64,000 nt of DNA from assembly GCA_020137815.1 (NCBI GenBank), contig CM035361.1, positions 1,054,001 to 1,118,000 on the forward strand, read 5' to 3'. Numbering within the stretch: the first letter of the stretch is position 1; each line of letters starts with the position of its first letter. This document shows, piece after piece, positions 62,901 to 64,000 of this stretch. A program made the position numbers and the translations under genes. The notes under the pieces are model-generated. The model did not search any database, had not been told where the DNA came from, and saw only the letters and a list, made by a program, of their open reading frames with translations. Source of the stretch: Hormiphora californensis. Lineage: Eukaryota; Animalia; Ctenophora.

Positions 62901-64000
62901 ATAGATTACTGTTACTCAGCGGTGTCATTCACTTCTACACATGGATTGCTGTTACTCACAGCCTTTCATCATTCTACACATAGATTCGCTGTTACTCAGT
63001 CTGTCACTCATTCTACACATGCGATTGCTGTCACTCAGTCTGTCATTCATTTACACATGGATTGCGTTACTCAGCCTGTTCACTCATTCTACACCACAGA
63101 GATTGACTGTTACTCAGTTATGTCACTAATTCACTACACATGATTGCTGTTACTCCAGCCGTTTCATTCACTCTCACATAGATTACTGTTACTCAAGCCT
63201 GTCCACTATTCTACATACAGATTGCTGTCACGCAGTCTGTCAATCATTATAAACAAAGATTACTGTACTCAGCATGTCATTCATTCTACACATATATTGC
63301 TGTTACTCAGCCTGTCATCTATTCTTACACATAGATCACTGTTACCTCAGCCTGTCACTCATTCTACACATAGATTGCTGTTTAGAGATTCAGCTGTCAC
63401 TCATTATACACATGGATGCTGTACTCAGCCGCATCATCTACACATAGATACTGTACTCAGCCTGTCTACCATTCCTACAATCATCGGATTGCTGTCACTC
63501 AGTCTGTTCATTCATTTTACACATGGATTGCTGTACTCAGCCTGTCATCATTCTACAACTGGATTGCTGTTACTCAGCCTGCCATTCCATTCCTACACAT
63601 GGCATTGCTGATAACTCAGCGCCATTTTTATACACATGGTTTTGCGTACTCAGCCTGTCATCATTCGACACATGGATTGCTATTACTCGCCTGTCACTCA
63701 CTCTGACACATGATTGGCTTTACTCAGCGTCATTCATTCTACACATGGATTGCTGTTACTCAGCATGTCATTCATTCTACACACATAGATTGCTGTTACT
63801 CAGCATGTCCTTCATTCTACACACATAGATTGCTGTTACTCAGTCTGTCATCCATTCTACACATAGTTTGCTGTTACTCAGTCTGTCATTCATTCTACAC
63901 ATAGTTTGCTGTTACTCAGTCTGACATTCATCATACACATATATTGCTGTTAACTCCAGACGTCAACTCATTCTTACACATGGATTGCTGTTACTCAGCC
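59905..64000. repeat. 38-bp satellite array, roughly 100 noisy copies, running off the right edge
   Basis: Consensus ACACATGGATTGCTGTTACTCAGCCTGTCATTCATTCT; all ORFs here are repeat translations. Confidence 0.95.

Noticed and set aside
59976-63904. Numerous His/Cys/Leu-rich ORFs
   Set aside because: These are translations of the 38-bp satellite.

Overview
Intron-rich animal genomic DNA, probably a ctenophore of the Pleurobrachia/Hormiphora type. That guess rests only on my recall of the dispersed repeats and is unverified. Genes reconstructed by manual splicing are, on the minus strand, Sec15/EXOC6 (with a ~4.4 kb internal tandem duplication), NAA35/MAK10, FAU (ubiquitin-like-eS30) and macroH2A. 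These are followed by a divergently transcribed NAK-family kinase (AAK1/BMP2K-like, +), a secreted SUEL-type lectin (-), an intronless MATH-BTB gene split by a transposon (+), and a full-length dual oxidase (DUOX, -) with an antisense intronless 7TM ORF nested in one intron. Mobile DNA includes an RNase H-bearing non-LTR fragment, a 1.57 kb foldback element, Helitron-like ends and at least four MITE families with readable TSDs. The window ends in a 38-bp satellite. The main observations are five in-frame tandem splice acceptors inside the kinase domain, a DUOX peroxidase domain retaining unusually many heme-peroxidase residues, a family of tiny TTGG...CCAA elements with 9-bp TSDs, and acceptor-like AGs just upstream of nearly every ATG, suggesting trans-splicing. 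Several stretches show indel noise typical of unpolished long reads, so some frameshifts may be artefacts.
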